Shown: in pieces, positions 1-12,989 of the stretch
Layout of the letters: every line of letters starts with the position of its first letter
How positions within the stretch are numbered: position 1 is the stretch's first letter
From: Eledone cirrhosa
Taxonomy: Eukaryota
Assembly: GCA_964016885.1 (NCBI GenBank)
Contig: OZ024740.1
Coordinates: 240,498,001 to 240,562,000, forward strand
Reading direction: 5' to 3'
Length of the DNA: 64,000 bases
Notes under the pieces: generated by a model
Database searches by the model: none
What the model was told of the DNA's origin: nothing
What the model saw: only the letters and a program-made list of their open reading frames with translations
Made by a program: the position numbers and the translations under genes

Positions 1-1311
1 ATTGTTGTGTGTATGAAGATTGGAATGTTAATGTGTTATGTTTTGGGATTGATATGGCCAAGAGAGTTCTAGATGCATGAGGTCTACAGATGAAGGACTG
101 GCAAAGTGTTCACTAAATGGTATAAGAAGAGAAATACAGAAAGGGTTTATGGACGAGGAAACATAGATGAATCTATGGGTGAGACATAAAAACAGCCACA
201 CCAGAAGAACAGAGTGACATAAACAAAAATGGTTCATGAGAAACTGCAGGTTTATCTATTAGACAGGCAACTGTTTCTTAGGTGAGAATATTTAGGGATG
301 GAGTGAATCAGGTGGGAATCGCAATTATGGGAGTAGTAGTTCATGGTGGGAATTGCCTGGCCTTATAAAAAAAAATGTTTTGACAATGAGTGACCCATAA
401 TTCTCAGTGAGATTCAGCATGACACGATATGTAACAAGACTGGCTTTTTGACAATTTCATTCACAAGGCTCTGACCAATACAAAGCTGTGACAAAGGAGA
501 CTTGCCCAAGATGCCATGCATGATTGTGTTATGTCCTTATGGATAAACAAATACACTGCAACAATGTAATAACAATATAATCGAAACAAACGGCAATAAC
601 CATACGTAACGGAACAACAATTTTTTAAGAACCAACAATCCAACACGCTAACTCGAACGGTGAACTTTGACTATCAACACATAAACTGTGGAACTAGTAC
701 CAACTTCACTCACTTACTCAGGTCACTACTGTAGTGGTCCAGCCCATTCTCGCCGGGAATGGGGGGGGGGGGGTCGTACTCTCACACAACAGATTGTAAA
801 GTGAACTTCATCACCATTCAGACATACTGTCTTCTTCTTGAGAGGGATAACAACTGATCAAGTAAAGGTGAAACAGAAGTTCAAAAACATTTCTTACCAA
901 CTCAAGAAATTTCAAGACCTTATAAACAACAATTTACTTTCCTGCTAATGAATACACTACCTTCAAAGTGGATATTATTCATTGCATACTACATAGTTTT
1001 CATCAACATTAGAGAATATTAGAGAATCCAACAAAGAAACTTCTACTTGGTCACATGACCTCCTAGAAATAGCAGCCAAGATTCTTTTATATCAGACACC
1101 CATTTTATTTAAAAAGGGGGGAAGGTCACATTTGATAATACAGTCCAACATAAACTATGACTAAAAGGAAACAAAAAAAATGGAATCATCATGGCTAGAA
1201 TACCACTAAGGATAAGTCTACTTAATCTCGGTTGACCTGGGGCTAAACAACAGTAACATAACAAAAGAGAAAGACTGCTAATTGGAGCCATTAGTAATAA
1301 GTTTTTATAAA

Positions 1312-1318
1312 GATAATG

Positions 1319-1350
<32 letters not shown>

Positions 1351-1533
1351 TGTTTCTACTTTTGGCACAAGGCCAGCAATTATCCCAGTGCATTACTGGT
1401 ACTTTATTTTATCGACCTCGTAAGGATGAAAGGCAAAGTTAACCTCGGCGGAGTTTGAACTCAGACCATAAAGGGCCATAACTCTTTGCTGCAAAGCATG
1501 GCGTCCGACCCTCTACCGATATTGCCAATCCAC
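1312..1533 (-). mobile_element. tRNA-headed SINE family 1
   Basis: A-box TGGCAATATCGGTAGA, B-box GAGTTCAAACTCC, core GCCTTTCATCCTTACGAGGTCGATAAAAT, (ATT)n tail; multiple copies in the window. Confidence 0.88.
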
Positions 1534-1549
1534 ATAATAATAATAATAA

Positions 1550-1580
<31 letters not shown>

Positions 1581-1581
1581 A

Positions 1582-4500
1582 AGGAAAGGGGCCAGAACCA
1601 ACTGGACGAAAGAATTGAATAGAACTGTTATGCAATGCTACCTGAAAAGTAACCCCAAGGAGAGGGGCTACAGGAGACGGATGCATAACATCTGGAACGA
1701 GATTGGTTTATTTAAATTAGATGAACAAAAATTGGCCGGGCAGGCTCGGGTAATAAGAACTAATGGGTGGATAAGCGAGCTGGAACTGGAGGAACTGAGC
1801 AGAGAGATGACTTGGGATGACCCAAGATGACTTGGGATGAGGTGATAAAAGCCGACCTTACCCAACTACACCTCTCAAAGTCAATGACACACGACCGTGA
1901 CTTCTGGCGTCACGCAGTAATACAGGGTACCCGACCTCCCATGGGTACATGCTGAAGCATATAAACAATATGCCCCCCCCCCCACCGCAAGGTGGTCGTG
2001 GAGGTGCCACGGCAAAAAAGCACCCAGCCCACACTGTAAAGTGGACGTGTAGGCGCCACGAAAAAGCACCCAGCACTCACTGTAAATGAGGTTGGTGTTA
2101 GGAAGGGCATCCAGCTGTAGAAATCAAGCCAGATCAGTTCCTGTATGAGCAAGGCATGGTCAGCCGACCAGACACTGCCCACAACAGGACAACCCGTCTA
2201 ACCCATGCTAGCGTGGAAGAACGGACGTAAAACGGTGATGATGATGATGATGATGGCGGGTGTAGTATGCCAGACAAGCGAGCCGGTGGGAAATGAAGGT
2301 GAGGAGGTCCTGAGAACGGAGGAACCACCCGAAGCAGACAATGATCTGAGTACTGAGATAAATAATACCTGGAACAGAGATACGGCCACTGAGGAGATGA
2401 ATGCTGACGGGCTAGGACAAGATTCGGTTGACATCCTAAATTTAGTGGTAGATGAATTGAACAATGATAGTGGGAGGCCTATGAACCTAAGATTTGTAGA
2501 CAGGAAAAAGTTAAAAGAAACAACAGCTAAGGTAAACAAAGTCATCCCATACCTTGAGGCGAGGAGCCTTCACCAGTGCAACAATATCCTCAGAGCAACA
2601 GCAAATACGGTGAGGAAACTACTTGGTATAAAAGCGAGAGGAAACAACAGACAAGAAAGAGCAGAGCCGTGGTGGAAGAAGCGACTGAGTGGGCAAATCG
2701 GGGAAATGAGAAATGACATAGGAAAGCTTGAGTCACTACTGAATGGGACACTAAAAAACATAGGCACTAAAAATAGACTGGAAATAAAATACAAAACTAG
2801 GAGTAAAAAGCTAAATATTATCATAGAGGAATTGAAGCAACGCATTGCAGCAAAGAGTGCAAAAATCAGGCGATACGAGAACAGAGTCAGTCAGTATAAA
2901 CAGAACCGCATGTTCGACAACAACCAGAAGATGCTGTTTGGACAGCTTGAGGGCAAAGAAAGAGGCAACGACTTGATCCCTGGGGCGGAGCAAACTAAAA
3001 CATTCTGGAGAGGAATATGGGAGCAGGATGTTAGACACAATGCCCAGGCAGGGTGGATTGAGACAGTACAGAGGGAGATCGGTGAGCAGGCACAGCAACA
3101 GACTGATTTGAGTATCACAGTTGAAACTCTTAAGGGGCAAGCCAAAAAACTAACCAACTGGAAATCACCAGGCCCAGATGGTGTGCAGGGGTATTGGATT
3201 AAACATCTAACATCCCTCCACCCGAAGCTGACGGCCATGTTCAATGACTGCTTGGTGTCGGGTGAGGTGCCAGAGTGGTTGACAAAAGGTACCACAGTTC
3301 TGATAATGAAAGACCGAATCAAGGGTAATGATGTTACCAACTATAGACCTATCACATGTCTGCCCGTAATGTGGAAACTGTTGACGAGCATTGTGTCTGA
3401 GGAAATCTACCATCACCTCCACACAAACAACTTGTTACCGGACGAACAGAAAGGATGCCGAAAGAAGTCACGTGGTACAAAGGACCAGCTGCTTATTGAT
3501 AAGATGGTAATGGGGAATTGCAGGAGGAGACACACTGATCTTGCCATGGGATGGATAGACTACAGAAAGGCATTTGACATGGTGCCTCATTCCTGGATCA
3601 CCAAAAGCCTGGAGATCTTCAGGGTGGCAGATAACATCAGACAGTTGCTGGGCAGGAGTATGGGGTCCTGGGAGACAGAGTTGACATCAACTGGAGTATC
3701 CTTGGGAAGCGTGAAGATCAAGAGAGGTATCTTCCAGGGAGATAGCCTGTCCCCTCTGTTGTATGTCCTTGCCCTGATGCCCTTGACCATTATGCTGCGA
3801 AAAGTGAGAGCAGGATACAAGTTGGGAAGGGGAGAGCTTACCATCAATCACCTCCTCTTCATGGACGATCTTAAGCTCTTCGGGAAAAGTGAGAAGGAGT
3901 TGGATGTGCTTGTTGACACAGTGATATATGTATGCAGTTTGGTATTGGTAAATGTGGAGTCATTGTGATGAAGAGGGGTAGGTTGAGCAGAAGTAACGGG
4001 ATCCAGATACCAACAGGTGAGATGATAAAGGAAATTGACTCTGAGGAAGGATACAAGTATTTGGGCGTTCTGGAGGCTGATGGCATAAAGAACAAAAAAA
4101 TGAAGGAATTGTTAAGAACTGAATACATTCGGAGAGTAAGGAGCGTATTGAAGTCACATCTGAACAGCAGAAATGCCATAAGCGCAGTAAATTCCCGAGC
4201 TGTGTCTATTATTAGGTACAGTGCGGGAATTCTGAGATGGAATGTTGCTGAACAGAAAGAAATGGATAGGAAGACTAGGAAGCTATTGACTATCTACAAC
4301 ATGTTCCACAAGAGGAGTGATGTCGATAGACTCTACCTAAGGAGATCTGAGGGTGGAAGAGGTCTTATCAGCATAGAGGACTGTGTTCAGATGGAGAAAA
4401 ACAACCTATACAAATACGTGACCTATAGTAAGGAGCCAATGCTCAGAGCTGTACTGAAGGAGGGGACAGTAGGCCAGGGGATGTCCAGGGAGGAAATAAC

Positions 4501-5380
4501 ATCAAGGAGGAAGAGCAGCCTTAAGGGAAAACCCCTTCATAGTACCTTCTTTGAGAAAACTGAATTTAGAGATCCACAGACATGGAACTGGTTGAGAAGA
4601 GGAGACCTCAAAAAGGCTACAGAAGGAATGCTAATGGCTGCGCAGGAGCAGGCCCTCAAAACGAAGTGGTTGAAGCACCATATCTACAAGGAGGAGGCCA
4701 GCCCACTGTGCAGGATCTGTGGAGAGAGAGAGGAGACTGTGGCTCACATTGTGTCCGAGTGTAAACACCTAGCCCAGACCCACTATAAGGGCTGGAGACA
4801 CGATGTGATGGGCAGGGTGATCCACTGGCACCTGTGCAAAGTAAACAATCTACCACATTCTGAGAAATGGTATGAGCATAGGCCAGAGGCGGTGATGGAG
4901 AACAATCAGGTGAAGGTGGTGTGGGATTTTAGGATACAGACGGACAAAAAACTGGAACACAATAGACCTGACCTGGTGATTGTGGACAAAGAAAAACGAT
5001 CGTGCCTGATTGTGGATGTGGCCTGCCCGTTCGACACGAGAGTGCAAGAGAAGGAGAGGGAGAAAATTAACCGATACCAGGACCTAAAGTGGGAGGTGAA
5101 AAGGATTTGGAACTGCCATGAAGTCAAAGTGATCCCGATTGTCATAGGCGCACTGGGGACTATCTCCAAAAGTTTCCAGGGATGGTTAAAGAAAATCGGC
5201 CCCTTCACGCTTTTTGGAACGCTTCAAAAGGCATGCTTGCTTGGAACAGCAAGAACCCTCCGATACGTCCTGAATATCTGAGGCTGCAGGTAGTGGCTTG
5301 ATATTCAATCCAACGGACTTTCCAGTTAACCAACATCAATGACTGAGATTCAAGGAATAACAATAACAATAATAATAATA
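1582..5380 (+). mobile_element. Dong/R4-clade non-LTR retrotransposon (RT plus restriction-like endonuclease); 5'-truncated, interrupted and frameshifted
   Basis: N-terminal WTKELN..MQCY domain (1582-1809). RT motifs KSPGPDG, NYRPITCL, EQKG, QGDSLSP, FMDD. CCHC knuckle CRIC..ETVAHIVSEC, RHD, and PD..D..K..RY endonuclease. (TAA)n at both ends. Small deletion/frameshift near 3925. Confidence 0.93.
1810..2255 (+). mobile_element. 5'-truncated RTE family A copy inserted in the Dong/R4 ORF
   Basis: Near-identical by eye to about 49785-50223; (GAT)n tail; GATG at both junctions; removing it restores Dong R-E-M-A-G-V. Confidence 0.95.
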
Positions 5381-7474
5381 GCATTTAATTGTTTTTATGG
5401 CATGATGTGTATAATGTTAATGTGATTTCATTTTCCTTTTTTTTTTCTGTGGTTTAATCTGGAAAGAGATGGTGCTAATTATAAGATGGCCTTACAGATT
5501 AGAGAACTGGAATTAGAACTGAGGTAGAGTGGAAAATACTGGCACTTAATACAATATACAAAAACAAAATCAGCTTTTCAAAACAGCAGTCCTTGCAAAG
5601 ATGAAGCTGAAAGCTGCCAGTATAAAACAATGAGGGTGCCGCTATATGTTCACTTATCCTGTTAGAAATAGCATACCATCTTAAAAAACAAGAAAACATT
5701 TGATAACGTAGCACTAGATACACTATGTCTGAATATGATATGAGGTGGTCATGACTGAAATAATTTTAATCATCAGTTTGCTTCATCACAGTTGATCAGG
5801 TCCTAATCAATAATTACAAACTACTAATATCAACTAATTCATATTTAAATTTAAATCTTGACTAAAATCTTATTACATGAATCAATAAAAAGACAAAGTT
5901 TAATAAGTAAGAGTCCTTTCACAATTTAATGTCAGAACATTTTCATTAAATTGCTTTCTAAACACCAGCTAAATAGCCAAATAAATAAAATAGATATATG
6001 ACTAAAACTCTCCAAATACTTAATTAGAAAACATGCAATATATTTTTGTTAAAATTCACTGGAAGAAGTTCTGCTACCTCAACATAATTACAGCTGGAAG
6101 TAGGAGTAGTAAACTCGAGTAAGCAGAGAAAAAATTTTAAAATTACCATTATTGTTAGATCAAAGAGTCCCATTCTCATATGATGAATATACTATATAAA
6201 GCATGTATAAAAAGTGTGATACTATATGAAATGACCATGTGTGTATGGAATTCAGGGTATATACAGTGACTGGAGAACAGCGAGTTTGAGATAAATAGTG
6301 GGCAATTCAGTACAAGCGTGTTGATAAACTGATTGGGTTTCATAGGCTTTGGTTTGAAAATACCATGCAAATAAATTATTCATGTTTGGAAAAAAAAGTG
6401 ATATGTGTAATGGTGGAAAGTATGTATGGTAGAGGTAGGCCAAAGAAAACCTAAGAATACTAATATTGGAGATTGAGCATAGTTGAACCATGGGGAGAAA
6501 TATTGTATCACAGACACATCCAGCATGGAAAAACACATGAAACTGATGATTATGACAATTGCAATAATGACAGTCATTGAAGGAGATACACCATCACAAA
6601 CATGAAAACAGTAATCTAATAACAGATTTTAGCATCATTGTATGCTGCGAAATTGGTAAATTGGAGTATCTTTATTGGAAGACATTATAATGTATGGAAG
6701 AGCTGTATGATACTTTTAGGACACCTGAAGAATAGCTACTGTTTGAAAGGAATGTGGTAGAGCCAGAAAGGAAGATTTTAATTCAAGTGATTAGATTTCT
6801 ACATATTCCATAGGAGAGCAATTTAGACAAGATGATTGCAATGCCACATATTTTTTAAAGCATTTCTAATATCATATGTAACGGGAATTGCTAAAGCCAG
6901 TGAGATATATTAATTTAACTTGAACAAAGATATCTAACAATTATTTGGCTTTTTTTTCTTCCTTTCACTAAATAACAATTTGCATCCTATATAAAATTGA
7001 AAAATATCTCCAAACCAAATATTTCATTGTAAACAAAAAAAAAACACTATTTCCATCAGAAACATGTTATCTATGAAGATGTGTCCTAATGTTATTTAAT
7101 CCTGCATCAGACTTAACAGTATAAAAAAAAATGTCCTCAATAAACAGAACACCAAGACCTAACATATAGTATTCTTAAAATGTGTTAAATAAATTAATTC
7201 ATATAGAACAAAAGAAAATAGGAAAAACACTTTATATTAATTATATTAATAATGGATATTAATATAGTAATATAACGTTACAATAGTGTCGCAACTAAAT
7301 AAAAACACTGTAGCTGAATGTTGAAGAAGCAACAGAAAATTTAAAAAAATTAAAAGCAAAACTGAAAATAACTAACACACTGTTTGTAATAAATGTTGCA
7401 AAGAGGCTGCAAAATTTGCTTTTAGGAATAAAGAGAAAGAGAAACATAGAAGTAAAGAGGGGAATTAGCTGCAA

Positions 7475-7502
7475 TTACTTGAATGGCAATCTTGTTTTAG
7501 AC
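7475..7502 (-). CDS. Candidate alternative last exon, or 24-nt microexon (7479-7502), of the carrier gene
   Basis: CTGAT branch-like site and TTCCGTTTTCTTCGCAG acceptor. Phase-2 reading gives SKTRLPFK-TAA, or it splices at CAA|GTAATT. U-rich UTR-like sequence follows. Confidence 0.5.
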
Positions 7503-9218
7503 CTGCGAAGAAAACGGAATAAGTATTTATCAGAGTATGGTAAAAGTACAATTTGGAATTGAGTGTCCAAAAACATTGTGTGATCAATGTACCAGTTAAG
7601 CTATTAATTTAAGATTTCTCATCCATTTATTTTCTAATGTTGTAATATAAATATTAGTTAAATTAGCTGAAATGTAAATCTTATTAAAGAAGATTGTTAA
7701 GATTTTTTTTTTATTTATTTCTGATGATGCTTCAAAAGAAAAGAAAATCTATTTATGCACTTTATATAGCAATTAAATATTAAAAGAATAGTCAAAGTAA
7801 TTAACTGATGATTAGATAGTGGAATCTCAACATTAAGTAGGTGCCGCAAAAAGAAAACATTTTAAAATAGCAGGATACCAAAAATGGCTTACAGACAATT
7901 ATTTTTAATTTATCTATTAATATATAATACTGAAAGAATTGCAATGGCCAAGTAGAAGAACCAAAACTTTGTATTCTGTATCTAGCATTGCACCAGTTAC
8001 AGGATACTGTTCTATCTCCATACTTTCCAACATTTCAAATACAGCAGAACAGGTAAGGGAACAGAACAACTTGAAGTGACAAACTAGCTGAAATATGACA
8101 GAAAGTTTTGGTAATTTATTATGCAAAATCAAATTTCCCAAGAGAATCAACTATTTAACACCTTTTCATTTGGATCCTATTATCTTCCACTTTCTCTAAT
8201 GTAATTTCTAAAGATGCAGCCTACACCACATTATAACCAATATTTTAGTACTACCTAGCTATTAAATCACTTATTCCTGAGAGAGTCATGGGGGCAGAGT
8301 TGTCTGACACATCTTTCAGAGGATCCTATCAGAAGCAACCGTCTCCAAATAATCTGGTTAGGTCTCCTGCCAATTGGCTTTACCCATAAAATCGGTCGCT
8401 CTAGGTAGAGCCATTACTTATCCGCATCAAGAGATCACAGCTCTGGTACTACAGACATACAATTAGAATGTCTAAGAAAAGAATTGCTGGACAAAATCTT
8501 TTCCAAACTACAAAATCACTTACCATTTTTACTGAAAAATGAAAACTAAGTGGATGAGGTATGAATGAGATGTTGCATAACAATGATACATATGCAATGA
8601 TTAAAGAGGTATGAATATGATGTTGTATAGTAATGATATATATGCAATGAATAAAGAGTATGAAGTCAATATTATTCCTTGATAGGACAATGGAAGATAG
8701 ATAAAGCATAAAAAAAACAAGGAAGTAATTGAGTATTAAAAGCATTGGCCTCTAGAAGCAAATGGAAATGATTTGAGGATACACTGATGATAGCAATGAT
8801 GTGATGATTACTGAGAATAAAGAATGAATAAAGAGATGCCCTGTGATGGTGATAGTTGAGGCAGATGTTAGATGAAGCAAGACGATCAGTAATTATAATT
8901 ACTAGTTAAAGAAAAGGTAAGGAAACATTGGTAAGGATGAGTCAGGAAATGTTGATAAGAATATGACAATGTATGAGTCTTAGTTTAATTATCTGCATAT
9001 TGAAAGTGAATTTTAACTATTAACAGAATCTTACAAATAAGAGATATACAAGTGTATATATATGTGTGTGTGTGTGAGTGTATACATACACACACACATA
9101 TTAAAAAAATATATATATATACATATATATATATAGTAATAATAAATTTTAAGACTAAAATCCAAAGAGGGCTCGATAAGGATAAATATATATCAAATAT
9201 ATAAGAACCGTAGAGCAA

Positions 9219-9364
9219 ATATTTATTAAAATAACAGATTAAGTTTAAGCAAAGAATCGCTGCTTTCACCCTTAACGGGATCTTCTGAAAAGTTTCAGAA
9301 GATCCCGTTAAGAGTGAAAGCAGCGATTCTTTGCTTAAACTTAATCTGTTATTTTAATAAATAT
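9219..9364. repeat. 72-bp-arm foldback with hammerhead-like fold (Penelope pLTR-like)
   Basis: Arms 9219-9290 and 9293-9364, 2-nt loop, one mismatch. Confidence 0.9.
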
Positions 9365-9946
9365 ATATATATATATATACACACACACACCCACACATAT
9401 ATGTATACACCTGTTAAGCTAGCAGGTAAAGAGGTTGCAATCCTGTGAGTGGCAATAAAGGTTCACAAGCTCAATTCTAGCTGAGGGATATGTATGTATG
9501 ATTAAATGAACTCATAGTTTGATCAATCTTTATTGCCCTAGCTATAGTTTACACATTACACGTTTTAGAATTACTAGAACAGTGTACTTCTACTGAATTT
9601 AGAAGTTAAAACTATAATTACCATCATCAATATCAAGACTTAAATTTTATTTTTACTATACGTTTCTCAAGGTCTACTAGATGATGTCTTCATTAAATTT
9701 TAACTGGTGTATCTTTAACTAAATTAACTGGAGAAGCTATAAAAAGAGTTAATCTTTAAATTCCTTCACCTTTTTCCAAACAGCTCTAATTTATTAATAG
9801 TATTTCTATTATAAGTGTCTGAAGATAATCTTTTTCTCTTTTGCAAGCTCTTTTACATACCTTCTTGTAATTTTAATTATTTGGAAAAGAAAAAGAAAAG
9901 AAACAAAAAAAAAAGCAGAAGAAAATATATATATATATCAACTCAC

Positions 9947-9955
9947 ACTTCGTTC
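9947..9955 (-). CDS. Candidate 9-nt in-frame microexon of the carrier gene
   Basis: TCTTTTTCTTTTCAG|GAACGAAGT|GTGAGT; preserves frame (R-N-E-V). The upstream intron would be only 54 nt. Confidence 0.4.
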
Positions 9956-10008
9956 CTGAAAAGAAAAAGAAATGCTGTAATACAACATTAAATGTAGAGA
10001 AAAGCTTA

Positions 10009-10170
<162 letters not shown>

Positions 10171-10928
10171 TCAAGAAAACACATCTGAGCAGTTCATCAG
10201 TTCTTGATTAATCTCACTCTTAGTAACAATAATGCACATTACACACTTATGTAATTAATCCACAACCCACCTTAAGTTCCTCTACCCAATTATTCCTAGT
10301 TAGAGTTTACTGCATACATAATATTAACTCTTTACCAGCTTGCACTCTATATACTAAATATACACATTGGGCATAGTCATGAACATTTTACATCTGCTTT
10401 TCTCTGCTTGTCTTTTCCAGCACAACACCTTTTAGTTGATTTCCTTCACCATCTCTTCAGTGAGCTTCAGCGATTTCAGATCAGCTCTCACCAACTGTGT
10501 CAGGGCTATCAGTTATGTATTTCTTTGTGATTATTAGATATGCATGTTCTCTGATGAGGCCCTAGATTAGGGTTGAGGATTGATTTAGAATGTTTAATTT
10601 TTTTTTTTTTTTTCAATTTGCAAGGAAGTGCATAAATTTGACAATATTTCTATTAAAAAAAGTGGACTGCGGCACATGGAAGGAGTTGAATTCTGTATCT
10701 CTGCTGGACAAGTGCATTGACCATCGCACTGGGAGGGCCTTGGCACAAATTGCATTTTGGGGGAAAATTTTAGACAGGAAGTATGAACATCTGGGCTCTT
10801 TTTTTACTCAATTTTATCATCTTTTATTCATAGTGATCAACTACTATTTACGTTGGGACAACTGCATTTCAAAATTACAAATCATTCCAATGTTTTTTAA
10901 GTCAACTGGATGTTCCCATTTCTAGCTA

Positions 10929-11340
10929 TCATCATCATCGTTTAACGTCTATATTCCACGCTTGCAGGAGTTAGACAGGTTGTACCATTTGAGGTAAGTT
11001 GGGTCAGGTGACTGTGTCTTACTCATACAGAACTGTTTCTGGCTAGGTTTCTATGGCTGGATGCCCTTCCTAACGCCAACCACTTTACAGTGTGTGCTGG
11101 GTGCTTTTTGCCGTGACACCTACACAACCACTTTACAGTGTAGGTTGGGTGTTTTTTGTTGTGACACCTACACGACCACTTTACAATGTGGGCTGGGTGC
11201 TTTTTGTCGTGATACCTACACGACCACTTTACAATATGGGTTGGACGTGTTTTGTTCACAGTGTAAAGGTGGTGTGGGCAAGAGTGGGTGGGTATAGTGG
11301 TTAGGAGATGCCTTCTAGGTGTATGTTTGAGTGTGTGCAT
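10929..11340 (-). mobile_element. Older RTE 3' end carrying four ~46-nt tandem 3' UTR modules
   Basis: (CAT)n tail on the plus strand, GGATGCCCTTCCTAAC motif, repeated CCACTTTACA..GGGTGC..GTGACACCTACAC units. Confidence 0.85.
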
Positions 11341-11869
11341 GAGAAGGCATGTTTTCAATGGCTTAAAAACTTCTGCAGGATAGCAATTGGTGGCCAGGGC
11401 CCCCTTAGTGTTGTTATTGATGCACTCACCCAACATCCAAAAGATGCAAGGTTTGATTCCTCTGACACCTCTGTCCATTGTATTTCCATCTCTAGAGGTA
11501 CTTTACCTAATTTTCTCAACTATTTATAGTGTTCAACTATTATTAGTCATTTATGTTGGGACAACTATATTTCTAAATTTCAAATTTTCCCAATATTTCT
11601 TAAGTTAACCAGATGTTCACACTTCTAGCTACAGGGTTGAAATATTCTGGGGGATAGAAAATGGACAGAAGTCTCTTAGCATAGTGGTGGGCATGCTCAC
11701 ACTGCATCCATGGGGTACAAGTTCGATTCCTTGCAGGCAATATGTAGAAAAGGAGTAGGTAGGAAGATGTACACAATGTAAGGTGCAGTTGGATTATAAC
11801 AGAAAAGGTAGATTTTGAGCAGGCAGATGCACAGTTATAGTGAATAGTAAGAGCAGCAGTGAAATAAAC

Positions 11870-12503
11870 CTATTTCAATCTAAGGAAAGCACCATAGAAG
11901 TGGTTGATAGTTTCTGTTACTTAAGTGACCTAATTAGCAGTGGAGTAGGTTACTCTGAAAGCATAGTAGCCAAATAAGAACTGGTCAGAAAAAGTTCAGG
12001 AAGCTACTTCTTCTGTTGAACCTAAGGGACATTCTCTACAAATGAAGGGCAGATTGTATGATGCTTGCCTGAGAAGTGCGATGCATGGCAGTGAAACATG
12101 AGTGGTAAATGCTGAGGATAGACTGAGTCTGGAGAGAAATGAAACAAGCATGCTCTGTTGAATATGTAATGCTGGAGTACATGAAAGAAGGGAACATGGA
12201 TGAACTAAGAGAAAAACTGAGTATGAGAGGAATGAAATGTAATGTACAAGAGAGAAAGAAGGCTTTGCTGGTGTGGACATGTGATGCATATGGATTATAA
12301 ACGCTAGGTGCAGAAGTACCAGGAGATGCCAATGGAAGAAAATTGCAATAGAAGACTGAGAAAAATTCAGGCTGAGGTAATTAAAGCTGATCTCGAAATA
12401 CTGAACTTCTCAGAGGAGTTGATGAAGGAAAGCTACAAGAAGAGGGAGACTGTGTGCAAAAAGAATCCATTCAACCCATGTAAGTATGGAAAAACAGATA
12501 TAA
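11870..12503 (+). mobile_element. Decayed RTE 3' ORF relic
   Basis: [29 protein letters not shown] and 3' CCATGTAAGTATGG stem remnants, with many stops. Confidence 0.8.
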
Positions 12504-12692
12504 AATAATTGTTTCTACTTTTGGCACAAGGCCAGCAATTATCCAGTGCATTACTGGTACTTTATTTTATCGACCCCGTAAGGATGATAGGCAAAGTTAA
12601 CCTCAGCAGGATTTGAACTCAGAATGGAAAGGGCCGTAACTCTATGCGTCAAAGCATGGTGTGCGACCCTCTACCGATACTGCCAATCCACC
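12504..12692 (-). mobile_element. SINE family 1 copy
   Basis: Homologous to 1350-1533. Confidence 0.88.
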
Positions 12693-12830
12693 AAATGATA
12701 ATGATAGTGATACATATTTTTTCTATAAAGATGAAAATTATTTCAGAAGCAAAAAGATTCAATACATATCAACTTTTTAAAGATTATTATTTCCTTTAAG
12801 TAAATAACAAATATAAAACTATTTTCCTAC

Positions 12831-12989
12831 CTGGAGCACCTTTCCAAAATGCACTTCCACCTTCTTCTTTCAAAATTTTCTTTGCACAGTCTATAACTCC
12901 ATTATATGTGGTTTGACCACTCCGGGCAGCAACCTGCAATCTGGTTTTAATAACATCAGCAGGAGTAGGAATTGAGGCAGCTGGAATAC
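12831..12989 (-). CDS. SLC25A12: Aralar/citrin exon L (159 nt)
   Basis: [53 protein letters not shown]; third carrier signature. Confidence 0.98.

Noticed and set aside
11061-11280. Regularly spaced ~46-nt repeats resembling a CRISPR array
   Set aside because: Tandem units without unique spacers, part of an RTE 3' UTR, in a eukaryotic intron with no cas genes.
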